64,000 bases of DNA from Octopus vulgaris (lineage: Eukaryota), in NCBI GenBank assembly GCA_951406725.2, contig OX597818.1:77314001-77378000 (forward strand). Direction: 5' to 3'. Both the position numbers and the translations under genes were made by a program. Below, in pieces: positions 35,786-50,050 of this stretch. Each line of letters opens with the position of its first letter. Position 1 is the first letter of the stretch. The notes under the pieces were generated by a model, which was not told where the DNA came from, ran no database searches, and worked only from the letters and a program-made list of their open reading frames with translations.

Positions 35786-38023
35786 TAATCCTAAATAGTT
35801 TACTATTTTTTCGCATGTGATTATCTCTGGAACTTTTAAAGATGGAATGTAAGTGATACAGACCTGTAATTATTTGTCTGCATCCTACTGTCATCAGTCT
35901 TGAAATAGCTCCAATAAAGTAATTTCAAGGATCTAGCTTGGCTGACTTTACAGGATTTTAGTGGTGAAGTTGGATAGCCATCTTATCTTGTAGCTGAATT
36001 TATGTCAAAATAGCATATTAATTTGATTATGTCCAGTCTGATTAAGTTTATATGAGTTAGATTGCTGTGTAAAGTTATTGTCTGGTATGATATAGCAAAA
36101 TGCTCAGTATGTTGCTCCCCTCCTCTCTCTCTCTCCCTTTCCCCCCTCTCTCTGGCTGAGAAAAGATGTTTTTGTATTGCTATTTGAACAGGTGATAAAT
36201 CTGCAAAGGAATGTTCATATGTGTGCCATATTGACTCTGAAACAGACTGAGTTTTGAACTCAATACTAGAGACTTTGCATGCATTAAAGTAAAAAGTCTT
36301 AGGATTTTATTTTATTCACTAAGCCACTGAGTGTTCTTTGATCTTTCCTAGTCATAGAAGCCTAGCAGTGCGACTTCAATGATTTTATTTTTTAAAAATC
36401 TTTTCTTGAATTTTTTTTTCATGTGAATGCTGGATTATTGAAGCTTTTAGTAATAGTTGAGAGTTTCCACATGAGGATTCACCTCTTCCTGAGAATAGTA
36501 TGTTTTATCAACATTATCATCTTCATTGTTTCAATGCCTACTTTCCATGCTTGCATAGCTTAGACAAAATTTCCTATGGCTGGATGCTCTTACTATTACC
36601 AAACCACATCTGTTTCCAAGTAAGGTAATATTTCCCCCAGATTTTCAATCATGAACAACATGGTGGCTGGACATGTTTTTGTAAAACATTGCAAACAAAT
36701 TACACCACTTGATATTTATTTAATGATGATATTTATTTACAATTAACAGAGTCTAGAGAAGAACACACAAACACTCCCACCTAGTGTGTGTGTATATATA
36801 TATATATATACAACAGTTTTTTTTTCAGTTTCCTTCTACCAAAAATCATACACAAGGCTTTGGGTAGCTTAGTGCTATTGTAGAAATCATTTGCCTATGG
36901 TGCCACTCAATGGGATTGAACTTGAAACCAAGATGGTAGAAAGTGAACTTCTTAATCACACTTCCATTTTGGGTGTATAAGGGTACTGTTTTTAATATTT
37001 TTTGTTGTAAGGCAGCGAGCTGGCAGAATTGATAGCACATCAGGTAAAATGCTTAGTGGCATCTCGTCTGTCTTTGCTGCAGAGGTTGTCTTTGCCTTTC
37101 ATCATTTTGAGGTTGATAAAATAAGCACCAGTTGAACACTAGGTTCAATGTAATTGACTTTCCCCCTTCCCCAAACTTGCCGGCCATGTGCCAAAATTTG
37201 GAATCAATATCTCTGTAGAAAAATTCATTTCTCCTGGCTAAATTATTCAGAATTATTTTACCAATCTACTTGATTCTTGATTGCTTTCCATTTACTTTTG
37301 ACAAATGGAGGTTTGTGTAATTTGCAATTTGTGACTGGGAAATTCTTTTCAATATTGTATATTTGGGAGTTCAGTGATTTTAGGATATGAAGAAGGGCAT
37401 ATTTCAATGAACCAGGATTTCATTGTTGGGGAATATTGGATTTATTGTATTATGGTTGTTTCTGAGTTGCATTATCAGTTGATGAATAAAGAGGTTTTTG
37501 TTCATTTGTTTTATATGAGGAGGGCGGATATGTATCAGAGCATTTTTTTACAGATGGATGCTCTTCCTGTTGTTAACCCATTCCTTTTTTCAAGTAAGGG
37601 ATATTTTTATTTTGGTGGTCATGCTTGAAAGTGCAGAGCCACAGTGTTGGGATTTGTTGGCACAGACTGTCAGCATAACATCACTCACTTTTGTTCAACA
37701 CTTTCTTGAATGTACACTGAATGTAACATTCATTCACTTACTCTCTGTCTCTTATGCACATACAAATATATATATATACATTTATATATATTGTTTTTAT
37801 GTCCATTTCTCCAAGCTTGCATGGGTTAGACAGACATGTTATTGAGGCATTGTTTTACAGCCAGATACTCTTTCTGTCACTAACACTTAAGCTTTTTCAA
37901 GTAAGGGTTTCTTATTCCTCTTGGTTTCAGAGAACTGAAGAAAGTGGATGATTTGTTGACAAGAACTGACAACAATACTGCTACTACATCACAGCTTTCA
38001 TACTGTGAAATGTAAACAAATAA

Positions 38024-38060
<37 letters not shown>

Positions 38061-41000
38061 TGATAGAGGACAAGTCATGTGAGAGAGAAAGTAAAGGGTC
38101 AGAAGGTTGCAATAGAGATGCATGATGGTAGGATAATGGTTGATGTCAATGAAGGGTGATGCAGAGGACAGGGAATGTTTGTTTATACATTTATATACAA
38201 CTTCTACCATCTGGAACCTGTCTTTCTTTCATTTTCTCCTCACTGCTTTTCCACCTCAACACTCCATCTGCTGTCTATGACATACCCACTTCTCTCTTAA
38301 CCTCTAATGTCTCTCTCCCTTCAGCTTCTCTGGATCTTCATCACCTTCTTTCTTTTTCAATCTCATGTTCCCTTTTGCATCTTCCGCACATAGTTACCTC
38401 ATTAACATGATAGTGTTGGATCACTCTTACATAACCCACTCTTCCACCCTTCTACCTCATCTCCACCTCTCCCCTCTCTCTCATTATAAAGAGAGTAAAG
38501 TATGATGAGAGGAACATATTCATTGTTCTTATCATCATATTTCACCATTGCATCAATTTTTCCTAAAACCATAATCTGTTCTTTTATTTCTTCTTTCAGT
38601 GTGGCAGTTCTTTAGTCTTGCCTGTTATAAGGTAACCCCACTAGTGCTGGTGCCATGGGAAATGAACCCAATACACTCTGTAAAGTGGTTGGGGTTAGGA
38701 AGGGCATCCAGTTAATTCCAACCACTTTGCTGCCAAAGACACTAGAGCACAATATGGTCATCTGATATATTGAATCATATCAAATCATCCAGCTTATGCC
38801 AACATGGAAGGTGGACATGAAATGATAATGATGATGACTTGTATGTGAGAGTTATGTATAAATCTCTGTATGTATGTACATATGTGTGTATGTGCATGTG
38901 TATGTATATGTATATATGCATGCATATGTGTATATATATGTAGTGAAGGTGCATGACTAAGTGATTGAATTATTTGACTCGGGATCATAAGGTCATGAGC
39001 TTGATACCTGGTGGTATGTCATGTCCTTGAGAAAGAGACTTTATTTCATGTTGCTCCAGTCCACTCAAAAATGTGTAGTACCTATATTTCAAACAGCCAG
39101 CCTTGTCACATTCTGTATCACACTGAATATCTTTGAGAACTGTGTTAAGGGGTATGTGTGTCTGAGGAGTGTTCGGCCACTTGCATGTTGATTCCACAAA
39201 CAGGCTGTTTGTTTGATTGGATTAACTGGAACTCTTATTGTTGTAATTGATAGAGTGTTGGTCTTTATGTATATGTATATATTTATGCATATGTGAACGC
39301 TTGTACAACATGATCTCTATGACTAGTATCTAATGACAAGGCAAAGTTAGATGACCAGTAATCATGTGAAGACACAGGATTTACATCAGTGTCCCCCTCC
39401 TAGAAGGATGTTATGACTACATCTAATGGTCCCTCACTCCTAGTGGTTTTACTGTGTGCCCTGACACCATCCAAGGATATTTCAGATGATTGTCATAACA
39501 TATGCTCGTTAACCCATTACTGGGACCCTGACAAGTACTACTACTCTGGGTCAGAGTAGACCTGGGAACTATAATAGCATAGAGATGGTGCCCTACTCCT
39601 CAGAACCCTGGAATGCCCAAATCAGAGCCCCCTACCACATGCAGTTTATCACTATATATTCCAGTGTTCTCGAGATGTGTTTTTATGGTGACCTCATTTG
39701 TGATACCATCTACTGAAAGTCCTCTGCCGATGGGAGAGTGTTGATATGTATAGACATAACCAGTTGGAAGTGCACAGTAAGTTACAAGTTCTGTCTGACA
39801 CCTATGCTTCAAACCACGATATTGAATAGTCATCTGAGAGGTCATGGTCAGAAATGCTATCGACAGTGAGGTAGCACAAGAAGACTGCAATCATCTGTGA
39901 AGACGGAGCAATCACCATATATATACTTATATATATTTATGTATATGTATAATAGCTTATTAATCTCTCCCACACATATTTTCATATCAGGTATCAATTC
40001 TTCTCCAGTGTTCTCTGTTGGTCAGATGTTCTATGTTTCCCTATGTCTGTTGTCAACCTTCAGTTTCTTCTGAAATGTTAGACATCATGTGCACCTGGCC
40101 TTCCTTTTCTTCTTCAGGTTTGTATCCATCTCAGTGCTGCTTCAGAATACTAAGCCTCTGGCTGCTGCAGGTTGCGATCAACCAGTTTAATTCTTTGTTC
40201 CATTACAGGTTCTTGAAGTCTTTGCAATGATTCACTTCTTAAGACTTCTTCCTTTCTGAAGTGATGATGATCATCATCATTTAGTGCTGACCTTTCCATG
40301 CTTGCATGGGTTAGATGGAATTTATTGTGGCAGGTTTTCTACAGTTGGATGCTCATCCTGTCCCCAATCCCCACTTGTTTCTGAGCAAGGTAGTATCATC
40401 CAATAACCAGATATGTTTTTCATGGAAAACTGGAAATGAAGAACAACAAATAACATCACTTGTGTGACAGTGATGCTCATTTACAATGACCAAGGGTACA
40501 CACTAACATATATGACAAGCTTCTTTCAGTTTCTATCTATCAAATCCACCCTCAAAGCTTTGGTCAGCTCACAGTTATAGGAGACACTTTTCTAAGATGC
40601 GATGCTGTGGAACTGAATAGGGGGACTACATGATTGGGAAGTAAACTTCTTAACCACACAGCCATGATTGCATCTATAATGATCATAATACGAAATTTTT
40701 CAAAATTTTATCATGCAACCTGATGAAAAACGTCTTACTCCTTGGTGATTTCCAGAGTTTTGTTCTACCTATTGCCTATATAAAACGCTGTTGGTTATAT
40801 AATAGTATTGCACAGGCAAATCTTTTAGGTAGGTGTGTAGTGTATACACAGAAATTTTTGTATATATTCATTGAAATATTGCTGTTGTCTTTCTGATTCA
40901 GTCATTGGACTGCCATGCAAGGGCACCATCTTGAAAGGTTTTAGTTGAATAAATTAACCCCGTCCTTATGTTTTTTTTTTTAAAGTCTGGAACTTGTTCT

Positions 41001-44000
41001 ACTTATCTCTTTTGCCAAACTGCTGAGTTATGGGGATGTAAACAAACCACTGGTGGTAGATGTGAGAGTAACAAAGGGAGGATAGAAGTATATGTAGACT
41101 AAACATCAACATATTGATTAGGAGAGATCCAAATGTAGATATTACACCCTAGTCTCATCACCTTAATCATTTTTTATCCATTTACAAAAAAAATTTTTAA
41201 TACTTTTATGGTTTTGGTAAGTTGTTTTTGCCACAAAGTGCAGGCCTTTGTCAGCTCCTTTGTTTTGTTTAGTTTCTTGAGATCAGTCTTCATTATGTCA
41301 TCCTGTTTTTCTTGACCATCCTCTCCCACAGGTTCTATTCATTTTGAACATTTATCAGTTCTTTATGCAACTAACATCCACTATATACACCAAATGCCTA
41401 TACCAGCATTGTCTTCTCTCTTGCACACTTCACCTGCTTCTTATATTCCATTTTTCTCAGCTTATTTGTGCATTGTCATTCATGTGCATTAATATTACTC
41501 ATCCAAAATAGCGTGCTTGCCTCGATTTTTTTCTATCAAGCACAAATCCTCTGCATTTGGAGCTCATATCTTGCTACCATGCAGTATAACACTCTGTACC
41601 CAAGCATCATGTAATGTACTCTTCACTCCAAGAGAGAAAGAGATAACCCTTTGTTACCAGCAGAGCTAATTACTTTCAACACTTTTCTGCTCTATCCTTA
41701 CTCTGGTAACTGTAGATTCAGAACACCTACTACCACTGTTAATTAAGTTACTTAGGTAACAAGACCTGTTAACTGTTTCTAGTGAGCCTTCCAGGCATGT
41801 GCCACATAAAACTGCCTGTACACCTTCTGTATCCCAAATTTTCACCTAGTACACTGCATGGAATTCCTACATACTCCTTTTCTGTACAAGCTCGACCACC
41901 TTTCCAACAGCTGTCAGGTCCTGTTTTCTTTGATGTTAACTAAAACTTTAAAGTTAATTTTGGGACATCTCAGTTCTGCTTTAATATCTCTTAAGGTCAT
42001 TGACAAAGTGTGAGTGTGTGATATGAATTTTTCTTTTCACTGCAAATTCTAACATATGTTCTTTTTCATAAGGCTTCAAACCAGTCATTAACCAGGTTTT
42101 TTTGTTTGAGTTACAAAAGTTCGTGGGATTTGTGAATATGCGAGTCAGTGTGTGCAATTAAGGAGTTGTATATACTTCTATTCATAAACGTAATGGATGT
42201 ACATGTCTCTTTAGTACATATGATGTTTTGCAAACAACTTGCATATGCAAGTGCTACCAGTCAAAAACTCTGCATACCGGAAGCCAGCAAGTGTATGGGG
42301 TCATCAGGAGAGAATGTACATCAATGCGCACCGGCCCCCCTCATTGATATGAGGCCCCACTTGCTAGATCAACTGGTTATCAAATAAACCTCAATATTAT
42401 AGTGAATATTTACATTTCTTGTCGATATGACTTTTGAAGATCCATGGTAGTTGGAGTGGGCGGTTCACCCCGAGCGGCACCACTTTTGGGTCTGGTGGAG
42501 GCAATGCGTGTTTTTTGTGGGGCCCAGCGGCAGCAAACTGAAGGGCCACTCCGGGCAGCACACACTTTAGCTACGTTAGTGTCCATGGGGCAAAAAAAAA
42601 ATCCTTTAGTTGAGAAACAGGCATGGATGATGACAGAAAGAGCATTCGGCCCTAAAATCCTACCTCAATCCATGCTAGCATTTAAAAACGTTGAGCGAAC
42701 GAAGCTACCTGTATATATGTCTGTATACATGTGCGTGTGTGTGTGTAAGTTTATTTATGGAAATATTGGGTAAATTTTCTCATGCATACACACTTCATAT
42801 CTATGTTTATACATTTTATTTATAGATGTACAAATGTGTGCATTTGTAATAAACTCCTTCATCGCATCAACAGTCGGCAATTAGAAAATAAAATGTGAAT
42901 GAATAAATATCTATGTATAAGACAAAAAACCATTGGTTGAAATAATTCCTCTTCATTGGCTCCCGTTTATGGTGTGAGAAATTTTGTCATCTTAATTAGA
43001 TTCCTCATATTTCAGTCGGCACCAAACTCTCCGGTACCCACCAATATACTCCACCCCTCTTTAAATGTCAACTGAGTTAATTATATTGACTTCTAATATC
43101 GATAAATCGCTGGGTTTATACTCAAATTATATCTCCATGGTCTTTTGGACACTTTCCTCAGAACACTTGAATTAATGTGTGAATGAAGGAAAGGTGGTCT
43201 TCATAAGACAGGTCATTAATGGATCCTTTTCATTATTATTATTGTAGTGTAGACAGTAGTTTCTTTCAGTTTATTGTTAAATCTTTATCTCTCTCTCTCA
43301 TTCTACGTTTACTGTTGAGTGGACTCTGTTATGTATTTACTGGTCACCTATCTATATTAGCAGATCACTTATCTGCTATTTCCTGTCAAGTTCGTAAAGT
43401 AGCTGTTACCGGTGAGCAAAGTAGGAATCGAAATAGCCCACTTTCATACATGTAAGTACACGCACACACACACACTCTGAGATTTCAAATCGCACTTTAC
43501 AAATGTATATATGTATATGAAGAGATAGAAAGGGAGAGACAGAGAAATCACTGCCGTGCTGTTTAGTTTTGGGCGTTATGTTTTGGTGTATTACTATTAT
43601 TATATGCATTTTTTTATGTTCATAAAGCTTATAAATTGTATCTATAACAAAGCATCGCATATTTCATTTTTATAGAATATATATCCTGTTGTTTGTCTTG
43701 GACTGAAATATTTTTGTAGCTCACACCCATCACTTACTTCCTTTCAAACAATACCATTCATATAAATGGTATGTATGTATTATATATACATATATATATA
43801 ATTTCGACGTTTGTGTCCTACTCTAAAATCAGGGCACTTATTGAAACAGTTTGTGTGTTACAGAATGTAACTGATGTTAGTTTCTAAATAGACAGCAGCT
43901 TCCTTCGCTATGTGAGATGCAGACTCATAGTCTGTAAGACTTTAGAAGTTCTATTTTTATTTATTATTTAAAAAAAAAATTATCCTATATCTTCTATCTA

Positions 44001-47000
44001 CTTTTCCTTCCAGAAATCGTTGCTGATAGCAATAGCCGACCTCTGTTAATATACTATTTTCTTTCTTTTCCTCCACAGACAACTGTGGCGTTATTCATTT
44101 CTTTTATAAAATATATTCCCAAAATTACTCGTGACTTTGCCTGCCTACCAACTGAAAGATTTCAGATTTTTGTAACTTATTATTTTGTTTTTGTACATAA
44201 ATCGTCTCCCAGTTAATATATGTGCCTTTTGCATGTTACTTCGCTCATTGGTGTTTATGTTTTACTTTTCACAAGTTTGTGTCCTTATTTATATTTCCTC
44301 TTTGGAATAATCTTATTTAGTGTAAATATAGTTATATAACAGTTTAGGAAAACTAATTGACGTTAATACGCCCTCCTTCAGTTTTATATACCTTATCACT
44401 CCCCACTTCAAGTATTTGTAATTGTTTGACAGAAGAGTTTGATGGAATATTGTCCAGTTCGGAAAGGAGTACCTTTTTTTTTTCTTTTTTCCGGGGTGAT
44501 GTTCGTACAATGTTAGACATTCCTTGTGGTAGCTGCTCCCTCAGAAATAAATTATATGCTGGAATTTGTCTGGTTGTCGGTGATGGTTTCTTTTCACACT
44601 TGTTAATGTTGGAAAACTTCAGATTTTCATTTCGTTTTTGTCTCTGTCTATGTCTAAAATCTCCCTGAGATAGCATTGTGTGTGTGTGTGTAGTTTGGAA
44701 AGCGTTAGTCTTGTTCGCAGGTTATGATTTGCCCCACATATGCATTGCATTTTGTTCCCAAGCAAGCTTCTATTTTCCCCTTCCATCTTCTCTTTCTTCT
44801 TCCCAGCACACAAACAATCTTGTGTAAACACTACTTATAAACGTTAACACTGGGATAAAGACCAATCTTATTGCAAGATGATCATAAGAGAATATTCTTC
44901 ATTCGTAGCTAACAGATTAGATGTTCAATGACTTGATAATCTGTTAACAGTATCATGGGATGTGTACTTATTTCCTGCAGTGAGTGTTTCAAAATAATTT
45001 TTTTTTTTACTTGATAAGAGATGCAGCCTTCCAGTGTTCTCCTTTATTTTAGTTATCTGAATGTTGGATGAAGCATTTGGATTGTTACACCGATCTTGGG
45101 AAGCCAAAGGACCTTCACAAATGTCTCAAAGAGAGTTCTTTGTTGGGAATGTGAAATATTTAGTAAAGAAGTTGATTGCAATGAAGGTGATTTGCATTGA
45201 GTAGTTTAGATATTGGTGACATTTGAGAGCCATTGTAATAGTTATTATAAGAGAGTGGACATACAGTGGGTTATGAATTAAATTGTAGGGGTTTATTGTT
45301 GTTGTTGTTGTTATTATTATTATTACTTTTTTGTACTGACCTTTTGTATCAGTGATCAGCTTGGGTCAAGGGTTGGGGAACATTTTAACTAATTACCCCA
45401 AAATATATATATTTACGCCGACGTTACCCCCTTGATTTGAAAGGAAGAAAATCATAGATTCTTTGGATTCAAAAAGTCTATTGAATCTATATGGAGAATA
45501 CTATTATAGATATATAAAAAAGTATAAAACAAATGCGATAAAATAAATATCCTCATTATGAAACAAGGATCCTTTTAGAAACTTAGAAACTTTGGAGAAA
45601 TGATGTTTCATTTTTGTTACAATTACATCAAAATTTGGGCATTTTAATGTCAGAGCAATTTGAATACAGTTTTCGGGGTCCAATCAGTTACTCTTTGTTT
45701 TTATGTTCATTAGAGTGGAAAGATCCTTGTTTGCAGAGGTAGGTTGTTGCAAATGGTAGCAACATTTTGACTGCTTCCTCATGCCAGAAGAAAAATTTCT
45801 GTCATAACAAGGAACACTTTTTTAAAAAATAATTTTACTTATGTCTAATGAGTCCTCATTTCCTTTAAGAATTTCGTTTTTATTCCACTTAGGGTAATTT
45901 ATCCCGGTTCGCTGACCTCTGGCCTAAGTGGAGAAGCAAAGCTCCAGCTCGAAGTATTTTGTAAAGGATTAGTTGTTTAGGGTCTTTAGTAATATTTGAC
46001 TCAAAAGAAGAAACCGAATATTCTTTAATACAATTTCAAATATGTTAAATGTAATGACCTAATTAAGGAATTAGTGCATTGCTATTATTATAGGCTGCTA
46101 AATATTAACTTAAAAGTTAATAAATGCTGGCATTTGTAAATGAAGTTTACAGGATAATTTATTCATATTGCCTTTATAAGGCATGCTATAAATCTGAAAA
46201 AAAAAGTTTTCTTTCCAGTAAATAATTAGTTCTTATTGATAAACTCTATTGTAGATAGCCTTTATCTTACTTTTCTTTTTAACTACCAGTTTTAAACTTT
46301 GGACAATGACTCTAAATTCAATAACATAAAAACTTATCAGTTTAGTGTTTTATGGGTACAATATTTTCTCTCTGTACCTCATCGTTTTGTAAATTATATT
46401 TAATTATCTTTGATTGATAGCAGTAAATCATTTCCAAAATATTTTTTGTGTTTATCTTTTTCCTTTTAACATTAATTATAGTTATTTGAAAAGAAAAACA
46501 AGTAAAACAACATATACAAGTTGTGTGTTTGCGTCTGTATTAAAATACTTTATTAGGGAAAAAGCCATGCAAAGTGGAAGAAGGATGACGTAGCTGTGTG
46601 GTAAGTAGCTTGCTTACCAACCACATGGTTCTGGGTTCAGTCCCACTGCGTGGCACCTTGGGCAAGTGTCTTCTACTATAGCTTTGGGCCGACCAAAGCG
46701 TTGTGAGTGTATTTGGTAGACGGAAACTGAAATAAAGCGAGACTTTATTCCTTCGTTAAATAATACAGTGGACAAAATAAAAGCATCACGAATTCTGGTT
46801 TTTTTGGTTCATCCATCGTTTGGATAATTCGGCACGGGCTGTCTACATGTGCTGCGTTATATTAATTTTGTTCAAGTGATTAACGGCAGGAAAATAACAT
46901 GGCTCACCTTCATGACGATCATTCAGCCCTCTTCTCATAGATAATTTGTTACAGCCATTTATAGAAAGAGGGTAGACTCCAGAGTACATTCAGATTAGTT

Positions 47001-47549
47001 GTTTGAGAATGTATTGTGCGCAATATCTTGATATCATGTAATGGTTGTAAATGAGCATCGTCATCATACAAGCAATGTAATCGTCATTACCTGTTTTGGA
47101 AACAGGAGATGGTTGGTGACAGGAAGAGCATCTGGCTGTAGGAAACCTTCAAAATATTCCATCTGAGCCAGGCAAGCACAGAAAAGTGGCCATGATGATG
47201 ATATTTATATTATCAGAATTAAAATTTTCTGTGTAAGGTAGTCATCATTGTAAAATAATGTTTAACTGTTTGCTATGGGTTACTGAGTTGATGATTCTTG
47301 TAAATGACATATCTGTAGGGTACTGTTGATGTGAAACTTAAGCATATAATTGTGAGATTTTTTTCTTATTGGTTGTTTATGTTCATTTCAATTTGATGGA
47401 AGGGACTTTGCCCTGTTCATGGTCTTTGCAGATTAATGTGGTTACTGTAACTCTTGTACAAGTAGTTAGTCAGTGGCTACAGGAAAAGGGAAGAGAATTC
47501 CGGGTGGACTTTATCAGAAGAATGGACTGAATGTAGTGGTTAGTGCAGG

Positions 47550-48730
47550 TCCTGGGCCGTTGGACACATTATATGTGATGAGAAGAGACTTGAGTGAGTT
47601 GAGAATGTCCAAGAGGAAGTAGTATGTGACCAGTCAGATGTGAGGAGCAGAGGTCATTATAGTTGTAGTGGTGGTAGGAAAGGTAGAAAGAGGGAACAGC
47701 ATATCTGTAGGCCAGAGGTTGGAATGTCTGTGTGTCACTTTAGGCCAACTAAATGGCTAACTTTTGGGTGTGGTTGAAGATAATTGTGTGTAGCATTAGC
47801 ATCATTTCAGATGTAGAAGCAGTATTCCATTGTTAATGTCACCTAAGCTTTATAAAAAGTTAGTAATTGCTTGGGACCAAAAGGAGGGCCAACCTTTGCT
47901 ATGTCAAGGATGTGTGTTTGCTTGAAGAAATCGTTAGTAATGATGAGGTCCAGCATTTGTAGAAAAAATTGAGTGGATTCTAGCTGCATGCTCATGTTTT
48001 GGAGTGGTTGTGTGATGTTTTAATATATGTAGTTGTCTTTTTTTGTTGTTGAGGGAGACATAATTGGCATGACTCCATTAGGAGATGTTTTGAGCCAAAG
48101 CAGATTTGGTATGATGTGTCTAGCTTGCATTTGGATGACAGTTGTGTGCAGAAGGTTTGGGAGAATTGGAAGATATCTTCTGTGTAGGGATGAATGTTAT
48201 TGCTGGTGATTGCAAGTAGGTCGTTGATGTATAGGACAAAGAGTGTGAGGGTGCAGAACTAAATCTTGAGGAACATTAGTGTTGAAGGCATAGTGAGTTG
48301 GAGCTCTATTAGTGCACACCATGATAGCACAGACTGACAGGAAGTTGCTGATTTGATGGTTAAGAAATGGATGAAGTCCACAAGTGAACCAGAAGGTTTG
48401 TGTTAGACCTTTCACAAAATTTCTAGAGGGTGAGAGACTCCTGGTGAGTGTCATCGGAAAGTAGGTCTCTAGTAGATCTGACTTTACAAAAGCAGTACTG
48501 GTAGTCAATTATGGAGTAAATTGAAGGGTTGGAGAAGGTTGGTGTTAATGGTTGCCTCTGTCAGATGTTGGAGTGAGTGTGATAGGATTATGGTTGGAAG
48601 GGTCAGAGGATGTTCTTGTCTAAGAATGTAATATAATGTAGCATGTTTCTTAAGGTCTGGCACAATCTGGGTGCATTTGGCACCAAGCACTAAGGAGATT
48701 GTCATTTGCTTGCCAAAACTAAGAAGACCT
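47550..48730 (-). mobile_element. Decayed CR1/L2/Jockey-group LINE fragment; a similar 3' remnant at ~15800-16230
   Basis: ISNFLS..IMV..N.NVPQDLVLHP resembles FLSxRxxxV..GVPQGSVLxP. Confidence 0.55.
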
Positions 48731-48908
48731 CTTGAGCCCACATTGTGTTCATTCATTTGTCAATCACTTTACAGAGTATACTGAGTGTACTTTGTCATTG
48801 TAGCAGCACTAGTGAGATTGCCTTTTCATTTGCTTGAAGTTTTTCCATGTTGTCTATAAGTATAGATAAGAGACTGAGAATGTTTCACAAGCCAACTTTC
48901 CTCAGATC

Positions 48909-49415
48909 AGAGTTTCTAAACCAAGGTGAATTTACTCCTAAATGCTAATTTTAGCCTATCCTTTGAATAAATTTGCCGTTCTGAATTTGTACATAGTTTT
49001 TTCAATTGAATATTTTTTACAAAATCTGAAGTTGAAAAGCAAATTTAATGTAGGCCTCTATTGTGGAAAAAAAATATTAATTTTTTTCTATCACTTTGGA
49101 TTTAACAACTTGTATTGTTTACATCTTAATAACTGTGTTACTGATGTAGTCTAATTTAGAAGACAACTGTGTTTGGTTCTGTTATCTGTTCATTAGGTGC
49201 AATGAGTGAAATAGCATTGTGCTATTTTTACTGTCATTGTTATTGGAGCTTTAATATAATGTGTAAAAACAGAATTTTAAATTTCCTTTTTGTCAATTGT
49301 TTTATTATGGTTGAAGTGTAAACACAATTTATTGAATAAAAAAGAAAATGGGGGTAAATTTACTTCCAAGAAGTTGCTAGTGGGTAAATAGAAAAAAAAA
49401 TGTTAGGGATCCTGT
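48909..49415. mobile_element. Old hAT-like MITE; a related end lies at ~45368-45430
   Basis: cagagtttctaaacc / gttagggatcctg termini, internal ggggtaaatttac motifs, imperfect 8 bp flanking duplication. Confidence 0.4.
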
Positions 49416-49511
49416 CCTAGATATACTGCAAGAAAACAATGTCTGCTGTCCTTTCTCCTAAATTGCTTTTATTAATTACATTGTCTTTATATTTGAAATA
49501 TTGCTATTTAT

Positions 49512-49738
49512 TTAACCTTTTTGATATCAACCTCCTGGTTCTTTGATACATACTCTCAGTTTTAAAGTAATCTAAATTACAAACCTTCCATCAAAATTTC
49601 ATGCTAATTTATGTTCCAAACACCAGTTTAATAATGACAATGTTATTTTACTAAATTCTTCCTTATTCTATTATTTTTAAAATTAATTGAAACAAAGGTA
49701 GAGTATTTCAACAGAAATATGGTAAACAAACGGGTTAA
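49512..49738. mobile_element. TTAA-flanked piggyBac-type MITE, family 1
   Basis: ttaacc..gggttaa ends. Homologous copies at ~945-1155 and, partial or inverted, at ~7480-7590 and ~7735-7845. Confidence 0.7.
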
Positions 49739-49869
49739 AACAGTCTGTTGCCCTGAACCATGATATATTACTATAACACTTATGGAGATACACTCACAAG
49801 CATGTGCGCACATGCACATATACATACACACACTCACAAGTACACACACACATATGTGAGTGTGTATCA

Positions 49870-50050
49870 TTGACTATTTTCTTTCTCTGTCTTCCCTTCC
49901 TTGGACCTTTCCTTTTTCTGTATTTCTGACAAAGAGCTCTGCTCGAAATGTTAAATCCTCCTTTCTTTCCTTTCCTGAGCGTCCAATAACACTATACTTA
50001 TTCCACGTCCTCGTGTTGTTGTGTTTTCTCTTTGTTCATGTTTGGATTAA
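49870..50050 (+). mobile_element. Penelope-type 3' terminal remnant with a degenerate hammerhead motif (49926-49955)
   Basis: CTGACAA a gagc tct gctc GAAAtgttaaa in a pyrimidine-rich block between (CA)n tracts. Confidence 0.5.

Noticed and set aside
44353-44676. Minus-strand 107 aa ORF with an HMG-box-like AYNLFLREQ motif
   Set aside because: The rest of the HMG box (conserved W, helix 3) is absent, the Lys-rich parts come from T runs, and no splice context was found.
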